Source of the DNA: Candidatus Uhrbacteria bacterium
GTDB taxonomy: Bacteria > Patescibacteriota > Patescibacteriia > UBA9934 > GWF2-40-263
DNA: 64,000 bases
Direction: 5' to 3'
NCBI GenBank assembly: GCA_016844925.1
Contig: JAERTI010000043.1
Location: 197,110 to 261,109, forward strand
Positions within the stretch are counted from its first letter, which is position 1. Each line of letters begins with the position of its first letter. This document shows, in pieces, positions 9,528 to 18,777 of this stretch. The notes below the pieces were generated by a model. It was not told the DNA's origin. It made no database searches and was given only the letters and a program-made list of their open reading frames with translations. A program made the translations under genes and the position numbers.

Positions 9528-10478
9528 TTAGGGAGTCAGATTGGGGCGGGTCTTGGCGGCACCGCGTGGGAGCGGATTGCCGTCCAGGTCCTGCCACGGG
9601 AAGACTCTCAGGGAGGGGTCACAGTCCTTGTGGAAGGCCGTGAGCCCCAGCTCTTCGATGTCGCGAGGCACCATCTCCCAGTCGTAATCGAACAGGGGAT
9701 TGTGAGCATTACCGAGGCGGTCGAAGATTCGCGTCTCGTAGCTCAGGCGCAACCAGGTTCGCTTCGTGGGAACGGTTGCTTCCATGCCTCGGTGGGCACA
9801 GTAGCAGTCCATGAGGGTGATTTCCCAGGGGTCGCTCTGCCAGCGGCCAGCGCTCCCTGCCTCTGCCACCCAGTAGTTCATTGCCCAGAACACATCGTGC
9901 TTGGCAATGTCGAGCTGGGAGAAGTCGAAGGCCAGGGGGTAGTACCAGGTGGGTAGGCAATTGGCCACCGTGTAGGTGTGATTGCCTTCCACGGTTGGTA
10001 TCCACCGCGCTCCCTGAAATCCATCGACGTGGACGGGAGCTTCTCTGAGCTGACTTCCAGGTTGTACCAGGGCCTGGTCGATGGTCAGATAGGCGTAGTA
10101 GTCGATGTGCCTCTCTGGGTTCAGGGCCGACTCGTTGGCTGCCAATCGTCTGATGACGTGAGCGAACTGAGCCAATTCTCGTGGGAGTCGGTACTCCAAG
10201 CTCCCAGGCATCTTGATGGGCATGTCCAGGGTGCGGGGAGCACCAGGAGTCATAAAGCGTGCACGGTTCTGCGGCTCCACGAGTCCGAGTCGCAAGGGGA
10301 GACGAGGATCCAGGAAGCGATCGAGATCAAACGGTTTGTTGAGATCACGCCGCACCTTGGAGGTTTCGTCGATTCCCTCTGGGAGCCAGGGGCTTGGGGT
10401 GAAGATGATGCCACCGTCTTTTGAAAACATTGGCATTGAGTAGCGCTTACCCCGATAGCTGGCGTGTTCTGTGTTCAT
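9528..10478 (-). CDS. Hypothetical protein (high GC), translationally coupled to the upstream oxidoreductase gene
   Basis: ATGA start/stop overlap at 10475-10478; no family recognised (a PVHVDGF His-x-Asp is the only motif noted). Confidence 0.4.
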   Translation of the reverse strand: MNTEHASYRGKRYSMPMFSKDGGIIFTPSPWLPEGIDETSKVRRDLNKPFDLDRFLDPRLPLRLGLVEPQNRARFMTPGAPRTLDMPIKMPGSLEYRLPRELAQFAHVIRRLAANESALNPERHIDYYAYLTIDQALVQPGSQLREAPVHVDGFQGARWIPTVEGNHTYTVANCLPTWYYPLAFDFSQLDIAKHDVFWAMNYWVAEAGSAGRWQSDPWEITLMDCYCAHRGMEATVPTKRTWLRLSYETRIFDRLGNAHNPLFDYDWEMVPRDIEELGLTAFHKDCDPSLRVFPWQDLDGNPLPRGAAKTRPNLTP

Positions 10479-11446
10479 GGTGTTCTCCAGGATGTAGCGG
10501 TTTCCAAGCGTCGCGTGTTGCGCAGGCCGATGAGGGCACCGGGAACGCAAGGGGAATTCGTTTCGATGGCTCGAGTGAATGCGCGGAGTTCCTGCTCATA
10601 GGGGTCAACGGTTTGGAATTCGACCGGGTTGCCGTTGAGCGTAATCACTCCTGCGCCGCGAGCTCCGAGCGTTTCCGTGCACAGGATTTCTGTGGTCTTG
10701 CTTTGCACAGAAATCGTGCGAGGCTTACGGGTGATGCCGCTGACAAACATGTCGACGAGTGGTCCGTCTGTGAATGCCATTGAGATCAGTGCCTGTTCAT
10801 CGCGCTGATGGTAGATCGCATTGCTCGAAAGGATCTTGATCTCGGGGCACCCGGATTCGTCACCGGTGATGAGCCAGGTGGCCAGGTCGATCAGATGCGT
10901 TCCGAGGGCGGAGAGCACCCACCAACGACCGAGTTCCCCACGGGCACGCCAGGGGGAGTCTTCTGGGTTCATCTGGTACGTCCAGTTCATGGAGATGCGG
11001 TGTAGTTGCCCAAGGTTCCCTGAAGCAATCTGTTGCCGCAGCCACTGGTGACCTGCGTGGTAGCGCAGGTGGTAGCCCACCTGGAGACGTACGCCCGCTG
11101 CTGATCTTGTTGAGAGCATGGCCAGGGCATCGTGCTCGTTGGTGGCCATGGGCTTTTCAACAAACACATGCTTGCCAGAGTTCATCAGAGTGATGGCCTG
11201 TGCGGCATGCAGTGCATCGGGACTCGCGATGATGACAGCGTCGATGGACGGATCCTGTGCCAGGGTGTCGAGCTTTGTGTAAACACGGCCCTGAACACTC
11301 AGGCCCTTGAGGAAGGCTTCGCCACGCGTGTGTGAGCGACTGAGTACGCCACAGAGACGGGCATGTTCAATCTTGCAAAGAGCGGGGCCCAGGTGGCGCG
11401 AGGCAACCTGACCAGTGCCAATGATGGCAAAACGGATGGGTTCCAT
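10475..11446 (-). CDS. Gfo/Idh/MocA-family NAD(P)-dependent oxidoreductase
   Basis: IRFAIIGTGQVA Rossmann motif, VFVEKPMA block; GGGAGG SD upstream of the ATG at 11446. Confidence 0.7.
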   Translation of the reverse strand: MEPIRFAIIGTGQVASRHLGPALCKIEHARLCGVLSRSHTRGEAFLKGLSVQGRVYTKLDTLAQDPSIDAVIIASPDALHAAQAITLMNSGKHVFVEKPMATNEHDALAMLSTRSAAGVRLQVGYHLRYHAGHQWLRQQIASGNLGQLHRISMNWTYQMNPEDSPWRARGELGRWWVLSALGTHLIDLATWLITGDESGCPEIKILSSNAIYHQRDEQALISMAFTDGPLVDMFVSGITRKPRTISVQSKTTEILCTETLGARGAGVITLNGNPVEFQTVDPYEQELRAFTRAIETNSPCVPGALIGLRNTRRLETATSWRTP

Positions 11447-11518
11447 GGTTCCTCCCATGAGCTGACGAATCGTCATCAACTCGTGGAAAAGGCCGAGCGT
11501 GCGTAGCTCGGCGAGGGG

Positions 11519-12673
11519 TTACTTGATGGCAAGCATGCGGTCGATGCCCACCTTGGCCCGCTGGGCAACGGACCGTGGGATATGGACCACACGATCGTTC
11601 TGAAGCGGGTTGCGGGGATCGCAGCAGTCATCACACAGGATGATCTCCAGTCGGTCACCTTCCAGTTCAGCCAGGAGCTTCTCAAGCGTGCAGGCCTTCA
11701 TGTACTGACACGTGGCCTGCGCACTGACCGCATCGAAGGTCTTCTCAGGAAGCTCCTTGCGCAGGCGGTAGATCATGCCCAGCTCCGTTGCGATGAGGAA
11801 GCGCTGGGCGTTGCTTTGCCGGGCGCGGTCCAGCATCTGGCTGGTGGAGAGGAAGTAGGCGCGCTCACGAGGAATGATGCCCTGTTCGAGCTTGAGCAGG
11901 CAGGTGCTGGCACAGCCACATTCGGGATGAATGATCAGCTCGGCATCAGGATCTTCGTCCAGAGCACGCTCGGCAGCATCATCGCCGATCTTCTCGTGGA
12001 CGTAGCAGCAGGCATTCCACCCCTGGTGGTGGTAGGTGTAGATGTCGATCAGGTCTGGGTCGACACCGAATTCCACCACGGCCTTCTGGCGCATGACGGC
12101 CCCGAGGAACTTGTCGGGGGCCAACAGGATGCGTCTGCCGGGGAACTGGCGAGCGGCTTCAGCGATGATCAGGTGAGTGTTTCGGCTGGTGCAGATGTAG
12201 TCGCTGAGTGACTTGGTGTACACATCCGAGTTCACGTAGCTGATGACGATGCCCTGCGGATTTGCCTCCTTCCATTTCTCGATCCAGCGGTGACTCGTGC
12301 CGAAGACCAGGCTACAGCCGAGCACTTGCGGGCGATCGGGGACGAACACGCGCGTTGCATCGCCGGTGATGATCTTCGCGGTCGCTCCCATGAAGTAGAC
12401 GCTCTGGAAATCCACACGTGGAACGCGTCGGCGCGCGACTTCCAAGGAGAGTCCGAGAGAGTCGCCGACAAGCGCGGCAACTTCATGGAGTTCCGGGAAG
12501 ACGTAGTTGTGTGCGACGACCAAGGCATTCTTCTCTCGCGCTCGAGCTCTGATGGCTAGCGCCAGTTCCGCGAGTTCGAGGCATTTGGCAGCGGTGTAGC
12601 GGCCAGGGTAAAGATTTTCTGCGTGGGTGTTGAACAGCGTGTGCCATTGTGAGGCCAGTTCACGTGCGTGCAT
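11519..12673 (-). CDS. nadA: Quinolinate synthase A
   Basis: VVAHNY...VGDSL, VYFMGA, IIHPECGC and FLIATELGMIYRL blocks. Confidence 0.8.
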   Translation of the reverse strand: MHARELASQWHTLFNTHAENLYPGRYTAAKCLELAELALAIRARAREKNALVVAHNYVFPELHEVAALVGDSLGLSLEVARRRVPRVDFQSVYFMGATAKIITGDATRVFVPDRPQVLGCSLVFGTSHRWIEKWKEANPQGIVISYVNSDVYTKSLSDYICTSRNTHLIIAEAARQFPGRRILLAPDKFLGAVMRQKAVVEFGVDPDLIDIYTYHHQGWNACCYVHEKIGDDAAERALDEDPDAELIIHPECGCASTCLLKLEQGIIPRERAYFLSTSQMLDRARQSNAQRFLIATELGMIYRLRKELPEKTFDAVSAQATCQYMKACTLEKLLAELEGDRLEIILCDDCCDPRNPLQNDRVVHIPRSVAQRAKVGIDRMLAIK

Positions 12674-12812
12674 GATTCCTCCGAAGTGAGTGTTTCCTCA
12701 GCGTCACCCTAACAACCAGGAGCATTCTTTGTCAGCACCTGTGTCATAAATACAAACAGATAGAATGATTATCTTTATTTTCTTATGAAAGATTGATTAT
12801 TTTGTAAACAAG

Positions 12813-12829
12813 TGTCACTATTTGTGACA
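12813..12829. promoter_or_regulatory. Perfect inverted repeat TGTCAC-N5-GTGACA abutting the start codon of the TrmB-like regulator, in the nadA divergent region
   Basis: tgtcactatttgtgaca immediately 5' of the ATG at 12831; the intergenic region is AT-rich. Confidence 0.45.
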
Positions 12830-12830
12830 T

Positions 12831-13559
12831 ATGGATGTGGATACAACGTTATTCAGTCAAATTGGTCTCTCTGAGCAACAAGGGAGAATCTATCTTGCCC
12901 TTCTTGAGGTGGGCGAAGGAAGTGTTGCCGAGGTGGCGCGTAGGGTTGGGCTGCATCGAGCGGTTATCTATAAAGATTTACCTGTCTTGCTCGAATTAGG
13001 AGTCGTTTCAATGGTTCTCCATGGAAAGCAGAAGCGTTATAAGGCTGCTCCTCTAAGAGTGCTCAAGCGTATTGAGAACGCTCGATCCGAATCATTTTTA
13101 GTTGAGTTGGAGGGGTTGATGAAAACGGTTCAGGGAACGCAAACGCCAGGCGTACAGATTCTGGAAGGAGCCAAGGGGTTGCAGCAAGTGATGGAGGATG
13201 TGCTTGCGACGCTTAAAAAGAGTGATGTTCTGTATCGCTATAGCTCCAGGGATCCAAAAACAGACATCAGCCTCTATGCGCCAAAAGACTATTCCATCAG
13301 ACGTCAGGCAAAAGGGTTTGATCAGTACACGATTACAAATCACGCACTGAAAACCTCTTCTCACATTAATCGAATGAATCGTGTTTCAAAGGAAGTGCCG
13401 GTTCAAGAAGATCTTTTTGAGTACAACATTTCGCTGCTTATCTATGGCTCTAAAGTTGCTGTTGTTGATTTTGATCGGGAGCAAGCTGTCATTCATGATA
13501 ATCAGGCGCTTGCAGATTTTCACAAAAGAATTTTTCTGTTGCTCTATCACCGTCTCTAG
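12831..13559 (+). CDS. TrmB-family winged-helix transcriptional regulator
   Basis: N-terminal LSEQQGRIYLALLEVGEGSVAEVARRVGLHRAVIYKDLPVLLELGVV. Confidence 0.6.
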   Translation: MDVDTTLFSQIGLSEQQGRIYLALLEVGEGSVAEVARRVGLHRAVIYKDLPVLLELGVVSMVLHGKQKRYKAAPLRVLKRIENARSESFLVELEGLMKTVQGTQTPGVQILEGAKGLQQVMEDVLATLKKSDVLYRYSSRDPKTDISLYAPKDYSIRRQAKGFDQYTITNHALKTSSHINRMNRVSKEVPVQEDLFEYNISLLIYGSKVAVVDFDREQAVIHDNQALADFHKRIFLLLYHRL

Positions 13560-13715
13560 TTGACAGATCATCTCAGTGAGCTACGCTTCTTACGTATGAA
13601 CAACACATGCCACAAGGGAATCATGCCACTCTTCGCGGATTACTCCGTGCAGAGTTTTTGTTTCTCGGGTGGTAGAGCTGTGATGTCGTAAGAGTGTCTT
13701 ACGTGATCAATGTTC

Positions 13716-13742
13716 AAACAACCCGGGAAACCGGGTTGTTTT
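13716..13742 (+). terminator. Intrinsic terminator
   Basis: aacaacccgg-gaaa-ccgggttgtttt. Confidence 0.55.
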
Positions 13743-13807
13743 GATTCTCGAATACGTCGAGGTCAATTAATTCACTTCTCTCCGACGATCGTGGGGTTCA
13801 CGATCGC

Positions 13808-15010
13808 TTGGTTAGAGTTACCCAAGACGGAGACACTATGTCTGCAGCACGCACGTACTACCTCTTCTTCGCGCTCATTTACATCGGCATGGGTTCGACC
13901 GTAACGGCCTACACGCCGTTCCTTCAGGAGATCGGCCTCTCGCTTGGCCAGATCGGCTTGGTGAACGCCATCTTCTGGACGGTGCTGATCGTCAGTGAGC
14001 TTCCCACAGGGATGATTGCCGACGGACGCTCACGGGCGTTCTCCCTCAAGCTGGGAGCGATCTTCTACGGCGTGGGTGCGCTCGGTTACACCCAGGCGAC
14101 GGGCTTCTGGAGCGCAGCGGCGGCTGAGTCACTCATTGCCATCGGTGGCGCGTTTGTCTCTGGTGCGGGTGCGGCGTGGATTGCTGATGCCTTGCATCGC
14201 GAAGGGCGGAGCGATGAGTTGCGGCACGTTTACGCCACTGAGTCGCTCATCAAGTCAGGTCTCATGCTCATCGGAGGGTTTGTTGGAGCGGCAATCGCTC
14301 TGGTGGACTACCGACTGATTTGGGTGCCGTTCGCCTTGAGCGCACCGGTGGCTGCCTACGTCGCTCATCGGCACATGAATGGTCAGGGGGAACCGCTCGA
14401 GTACGTCAGTGAGCTCACGGCCTTCCGGCTCGCCTTCGCACAGCTGCGACGCTCACGGGCTCTCATCTGGGTGATCGGTGCGCTCATCGTCTTCGGGGCG
14501 GTGATCTCGTTCAACCACTATTGGGCCATCTACTTCAAGGCTCAGGTGGGGCAGATGGGTCTCGCGCTGATCTGGCCGGTCATGTACCTGGGTCTCATTG
14601 GAGCCGCCCAGCTCGTGCGAAAGGCTCGCATTCCGCTCGGTGCTGAAGCAAAGCTCATCGTCCTGGCCGTGTTTGTGTCGGGGGTGGGTCTGGGACTCAC
14701 GGCCATGGCACCTGCACTGCTCTTCTCGATTCCTGCCTTGGTGGTGCATGAGTTTGGTCGAGGGCTCTTCCAGCCGCTCACTGACAGCTTTGTGCAGCAT
14801 CGCGTACACAGCAGCTACCGCGCGACCTTTGGTTCGCTCCAGTCCTTCTTGGGACGTATGGGGTTCGCCATTGTTCCAGTGGTTGTTTGGCTGAGCATCG
14901 AAGGGAAGCCCAACACCCCCGAGACGATCGAGTGGGTCTGGCTCGCTTGCGCCGCATTGCTGATCTTGGGTTCTGGCGCGCTTTGGTTCACGCGTCCGAG
15001 TGAACGCTGA
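13808..15010 (+). CDS. MFS transporter
   Basis: 12 hydrophobic helices; GMIADGRSR motif between TM2 and TM3. Confidence 0.7.
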   Translation: MVRVTQDGDTMSAARTYYLFFALIYIGMGSTVTAYTPFLQEIGLSLGQIGLVNAIFWTVLIVSELPTGMIADGRSRAFSLKLGAIFYGVGALGYTQATGFWSAAAAESLIAIGGAFVSGAGAAWIADALHREGRSDELRHVYATESLIKSGLMLIGGFVGAAIALVDYRLIWVPFALSAPVAAYVAHRHMNGQGEPLEYVSELTAFRLAFAQLRRSRALIWVIGALIVFGAVISFNHYWAIYFKAQVGQMGLALIWPVMYLGLIGAAQLVRKARIPLGAEAKLIVLAVFVSGVGLGLTAMAPALLFSIPALVVHEFGRGLFQPLTDSFVQHRVHSSYRATFGSLQSFLGRMGFAIVPVVVWLSIEGKPNTPETIEWVWLACAALLILGSGALWFTRPSER

Positions 15011-15013
15011 ACC

Positions 15014-15044
15014 AAAAAACCTCCCCACACGGGGGAGGTTTTTC
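15014..15044. terminator. Bidirectional terminator between the MFS gene and the HU gene
   Basis: aaaaaacctcccc-acac-gggggaggttttt. Confidence 0.7.
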
Positions 15045-15058
15045 TCATTCTAGTGAGT

Positions 15059-15349
15059 CTAGATTTCACGCTTTCCTTTCAAGGTGTCCTTCAAAGCCTT
15101 TCCAGCTTTGAACTTCGGCACGACAACGGATGGGATGGTGATCTTTTCTGATGGGTTCTGTGGGTTCACACCGATGCGTCCTTTACGCAAGCGTGCACTG
15201 AATGTTCCGAATCCAGCGATGGTGACCTCGTCACCGTTAACCAGTGTTCGGGTTACGATTTCTTCAAATGCGGCAATGAAATCTTCACCGAGTTTCTTTG
15301 AGATATCGAGTTTGTCTGCAAGCCGTGCAGCGAGCTCAGCTTTGTTCAT
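15059..15349 (-). CDS. hup: DNA-binding protein HU
   Basis: MNKAELAARLADKL...GFGTFSARLRKGRIGVNPQN is HU/IHF-like; start trimmed to M21 of the ORF. Confidence 0.85.
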   Translation of the reverse strand: MNKAELAARLADKLDISKKLGEDFIAAFEEIVTRTLVNGDEVTIAGFGTFSARLRKGRIGVNPQNPSEKITIPSVVVPKFKAGKALKDTLKGKREI

Positions 15350-15411
15350 ATAGTTGGATTTTGGAAGTGAGAATACCCGAAAGTTAGCAGAGAAATGCAC
15401 TATTGTCAATC

Positions 15412-16983
15412 TTACCTTGCGTATTCAATGACGCGTGTTTCTCGAATAACCATGACTTTTACCTCTCCAGGATAGGAAAGTTCCGCTTCAATTCTGTTGG
15501 CAACATCTTTCGCTAAGCGATACGCCTCTAGGTCACCAATGCGCTCAGGATTAATGAATACACGCACCTCGCGTCCGGCTTGAATGGCATAGGCTTTTTC
15601 TACACCATCGAATGCACTGGCAGTGCGCTCAAGTTCTTCCATGCGCTGAATGAATTGTTCCAAGCTTTGTTTTCGTGCGCCGGGACGTGCTCCGGAGATA
15701 GCGTCTGCGGCCTTTACGATCGCGCCCTCAATGGTGCGTGGGCGGTCTTCGTGGTGGGCGATGGACTGATAGCAAAGCTCCTCAGGGAAGCCGAATTTTT
15801 TCATGATGTTATAGCCGATCTCTGGATGGGCGCCCTGCATGTCGTGATCAACGGATTTTCCGATATCATGAAAGAGACCACCTTTCCTACAGTTAAAGCT
15901 ATCAGCTCCGAGGTCATCTGCCATCATGCCAGCGATCATTCCTACCTCGATTGAGTGCTGAAGGGCATTTTGTCCGTAGCTGGTTCGGTACTTCATGCGA
16001 CCGAGAATGGAGATTAGCTTTGGATCAATGGAGCCTACGGGGATGCCAAGCTGGTAGAGAGCCTCCTCACCAGACTTACGGAGATCCTTTGCAAGCGTCT
16101 TCTTCGCATTCATGACGCACTCTTCAATGCGAGCGGGATGGATGCGACCATCTTTAATGAGCTCGTCCAAGGCACGCTTGGCAACCTGACGACGGATAGG
16201 GGAGAAGCCGCTGACGGTGATCTGTCCGGGGGTATCGTCTACGATTACCTCCGTACCGGTCAGCATCTCAATGGCTTTAATGTTGCGCCCCTCTTTTCCG
16301 ATAACACGTCCTTTCATCTCTTCATTTGGAAGATCTACTTTTGTGGTGGTTGTCTCGGTGGAGACAGGGGAGGCGAATCGACTCAGGGCGAGTGAAAGGA
16401 CTTGGCGAGATTTCTTTTCAATCTCTTCTTCGCTCATGCGCTCTGCTTTGCGCAGACGGCTCATGAGAGACTCTTCGATGTCAGCCTCTACTTGCTTGAG
16501 CAGGTGCTCTGAGGCTTGTTCTGTACTCATGCCTGCAACTTCTTGAAGCTTAGCGAGCTGTTCATCTTTGAGCCCGGAGAGCTTCTCCTTGATACCTTCG
16601 ACTTCTTTTGTTCGTTGTTCAAGTTTGGTGGTCTTCTCTTCAACCTCCATCAACTTCTTGTCGAACATGTTCTCGCGCTTTTCCAATCGACGCTGTTGGT
16701 CTTGGATATCGCGACGACGGGCCTGCTCTTCGTGCTTAGCCTCGTCGATAATTTTCAAGGCCTTCTCTTTCGCCTTGATCAGAGCGTTCTGCTCTCGGGT
16801 CTTGGTCTCCTGAAGAATCTGTTGTTGCTTGTTCTTGGCGTCGGCAAGCATTTTCTCGGCTCGCGCTTCCGCTTCGTCCGCGGTGCGTTTTGCCTTGGCC
16901 TTGCGCAGGGCGTACCCCGCAGCAATTCCTATAAGCAACGCCACTAGGAACGGGATTATTTCGGTGAACATAAAACTTCTCAC
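15412..16983 (-). CDS. rny: Ribonuclease Y
   Basis: N-terminal TM helix, coiled coil, KH domain (GRVIGKEGRNIKAIE) and HD domain (HSIEVG...HDIGK). Confidence 0.85.
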   Translation of the reverse strand: MRSFMFTEIIPFLVALLIGIAAGYALRKAKAKRTADEAEARAEKMLADAKNKQQQILQETKTREQNALIKAKEKALKIIDEAKHEEQARRRDIQDQQRRLEKRENMFDKKLMEVEEKTTKLEQRTKEVEGIKEKLSGLKDEQLAKLQEVAGMSTEQASEHLLKQVEADIEESLMSRLRKAERMSEEEIEKKSRQVLSLALSRFASPVSTETTTTKVDLPNEEMKGRVIGKEGRNIKAIEMLTGTEVIVDDTPGQITVSGFSPIRRQVAKRALDELIKDGRIHPARIEECVMNAKKTLAKDLRKSGEEALYQLGIPVGSIDPKLISILGRMKYRTSYGQNALQHSIEVGMIAGMMADDLGADSFNCRKGGLFHDIGKSVDHDMQGAHPEIGYNIMKKFGFPEELCYQSIAHHEDRPRTIEGAIVKAADAISGARPGARKQSLEQFIQRMEELERTASAFDGVEKAYAIQAGREVRVFINPERIGDLEAYRLAKDVANRIEAELSYPGEVKVMVIRETRVIEYAR

Positions 16984-17195
16984 TACCGGAGAAGCTTTCG
17001 ATGAGTCTACATTGTGGCAAAAAGGATCCTACAACAACAAATCTTCCTGCTCAGAGGAAGAAGCTGAATGAATAGCTGTGTTGTCAGCAAAAGTATGCAT
17101 AGGGAAGCTTTTCACCTTCATCGAGAAGCGTCGTCCGGACTAACTATAGAATGGTGAATTACGCCTCCGAAGCGTAGCACCGGCCCCCTTCACTG

Positions 17196-17906
17196 TCAAA
17201 GCCGTTCTAGTAAATCTTGGACGGGAATCAAAGCAGGTTCTACGGCCCCCTCAAGGCTCTTAAGAGGGTGTGATTCATCGATCGAGAACGGTCCAATGGC
17301 CGTCCGGCGGAGCTCTTGAACATAGCCACCACCCCCAAGAGCGACTCCGAGGTCTCGAGCGATGGATCGGATGTATGTGCCAGAGGAAGAATGGATCGCA
17401 ACGCGTAAAGGTTCGGTCTCCAGTAGATCGATCGAATGAATCGTTATCTGTCGAGCAGCGGCCTTCATGGGCCTGCCCTTACGAGCCTCCTCGTACATTT
17501 TCTTTCCTCCTATTTTGATGGCGCTAAAGGCTGGGGGGACTTGTTCGATCTCGCCGACGAATTGATTGAGTGCTTCAGGGGTGAGTAGTTGAGAGAGAGG
17601 GGCCTCTTGAATGTTGCCCTCGCGGTCGTCGGTATCCGAGCTCGCTCCAAGGACAAACTCCGCCTCATACTTCTTGTCAAGCCCCACAAGCTGCTGCATC
17701 TGTTTTGTCGCCGCGCGCCCAACACCAACAATCAATAGTCCGGTCGCAAACGGATCGAGTGTTCCAGCGTGACCAACTTTCCGAATGCCTGTGTAACGTC
17801 GAACACGATCCACGACATCATGACTGGTCATGCCAGCGGGTTTATCAATAAGGAGGAAGCCTTGACGATCAAGCATTTTTTTCTTAGGGTCGGGTGTCTT
17901 AGACAT
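17196..17906 (-). CDS. truB: tRNA pseudouridine(55) synthase
   Basis: LLIDKPAGMTSHDVV ... GHAGTLDPFATGLL. Confidence 0.85.
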   Translation of the reverse strand: MSKTPDPKKKMLDRQGFLLIDKPAGMTSHDVVDRVRRYTGIRKVGHAGTLDPFATGLLIVGVGRAATKQMQQLVGLDKKYEAEFVLGASSDTDDREGNIQEAPLSQLLTPEALNQFVGEIEQVPPAFSAIKIGGKKMYEEARKGRPMKAAARQITIHSIDLLETEPLRVAIHSSSGTYIRSIARDLGVALGGGGYVQELRRTAIGPFSIDESHPLKSLEGAVEPALIPVQDLLERL

Positions 17907-17965
17907 AGCGTTAAGGATCTTACCGGATCTTCAGCGCTGTGGCTAAGGTCGGCTACTGATGCACT

Positions 17966-18616
17966 GTGCATGAGAACAGTCAGGCTACTGCAGCAGGAAG
18001 GAGCATGTCACTCATTGGACAGAGTTGGGAGCTCATGTCGGAGCTCGCCAAGCGTACCCCTTGGGGACGCATCAGAATTCAGCCCCTCATCGAGGACATC
18101 GGTCAGGTGAGCATGGAGTTCGTTGCGTTCCTGGAGAACGGTGGTCGCGTCTACCCCCGACAGGGTCCGGTTTTCGACTTCGACGTCGAGCCTTACATTC
18201 CGGACGGCTGGGAGATTCGTCCCGAGGATCAGATCACTAGTCGTCTGACGGGTTCTTGGCAGCTGGATGTCACGAAGGTTGGCCTGTACTCAAGCGAGAG
18301 GCAGCAGGGTCAGAAGACGGTTCGAGGCGTTGATCTCCTGTGTGAATTGGAAGGCAAGAGAGTCCTTCCTGCCCACGTGATCGAGGAGCTGCTTAAGTAT
18401 CCGGTAATGATTCCTGACTCCTGGAAGCACCGAAACGTGTATTTCTGGGGAACCGTTTATCGCGACGCTTCGGGGTGTCGGCAGATCCGAATTCTCAGCT
18501 GGACTGGCGCGCAGGGGTGGCACTGGAGTTCTCATTACCTCGAGCGTGACGATGGTACCCGTGTCATGCAAGGGCTCTGGACGAGCCAAGGGTATGCGGT
18601 ACACGTCGTAGACTAG
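17966..18616 (+). CDS. Hypothetical protein, paralogue of the 20194-20775 gene
   Basis: Shares FVxFxxNGGRV, PDGWxIRxEDQI, KVLPAHVxxxLLxxPxxIPxxWK and (V/I)YFWGTVYR blocks with the 20194 ORF. Confidence 0.5.
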   Translation: MHENSQATAAGRSMSLIGQSWELMSELAKRTPWGRIRIQPLIEDIGQVSMEFVAFLENGGRVYPRQGPVFDFDVEPYIPDGWEIRPEDQITSRLTGSWQLDVTKVGLYSSERQQGQKTVRGVDLLCELEGKRVLPAHVIEELLKYPVMIPDSWKHRNVYFWGTVYRDASGCRQIRILSWTGAQGWHWSSHYLERDDGTRVMQGLWTSQGYAVHVVD

Positions 18617-18648
18617 GACGTTCGTTTCCTACAGCATTTCGCGCATTG

Positions 18649-18695
18649 CCTCTCACAACCCGGCACGCGGGTCATGAGAGGTGTTTTTATTTTAT
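18649..18695 (+). terminator. Intrinsic terminator
   Basis: cctctca...tgagagg stem enclosing a cccg/cggg stem, followed by TGTTTTTATTTT. Confidence 0.6.
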
Positions 18696-18777
18696 TCCAA
18701 AATATTGAGGTTAATTGACACCAACCACCTCATCTAGTTAACTCCACGGCCTGAGGGACTCATAAAGGGGAGACGTT

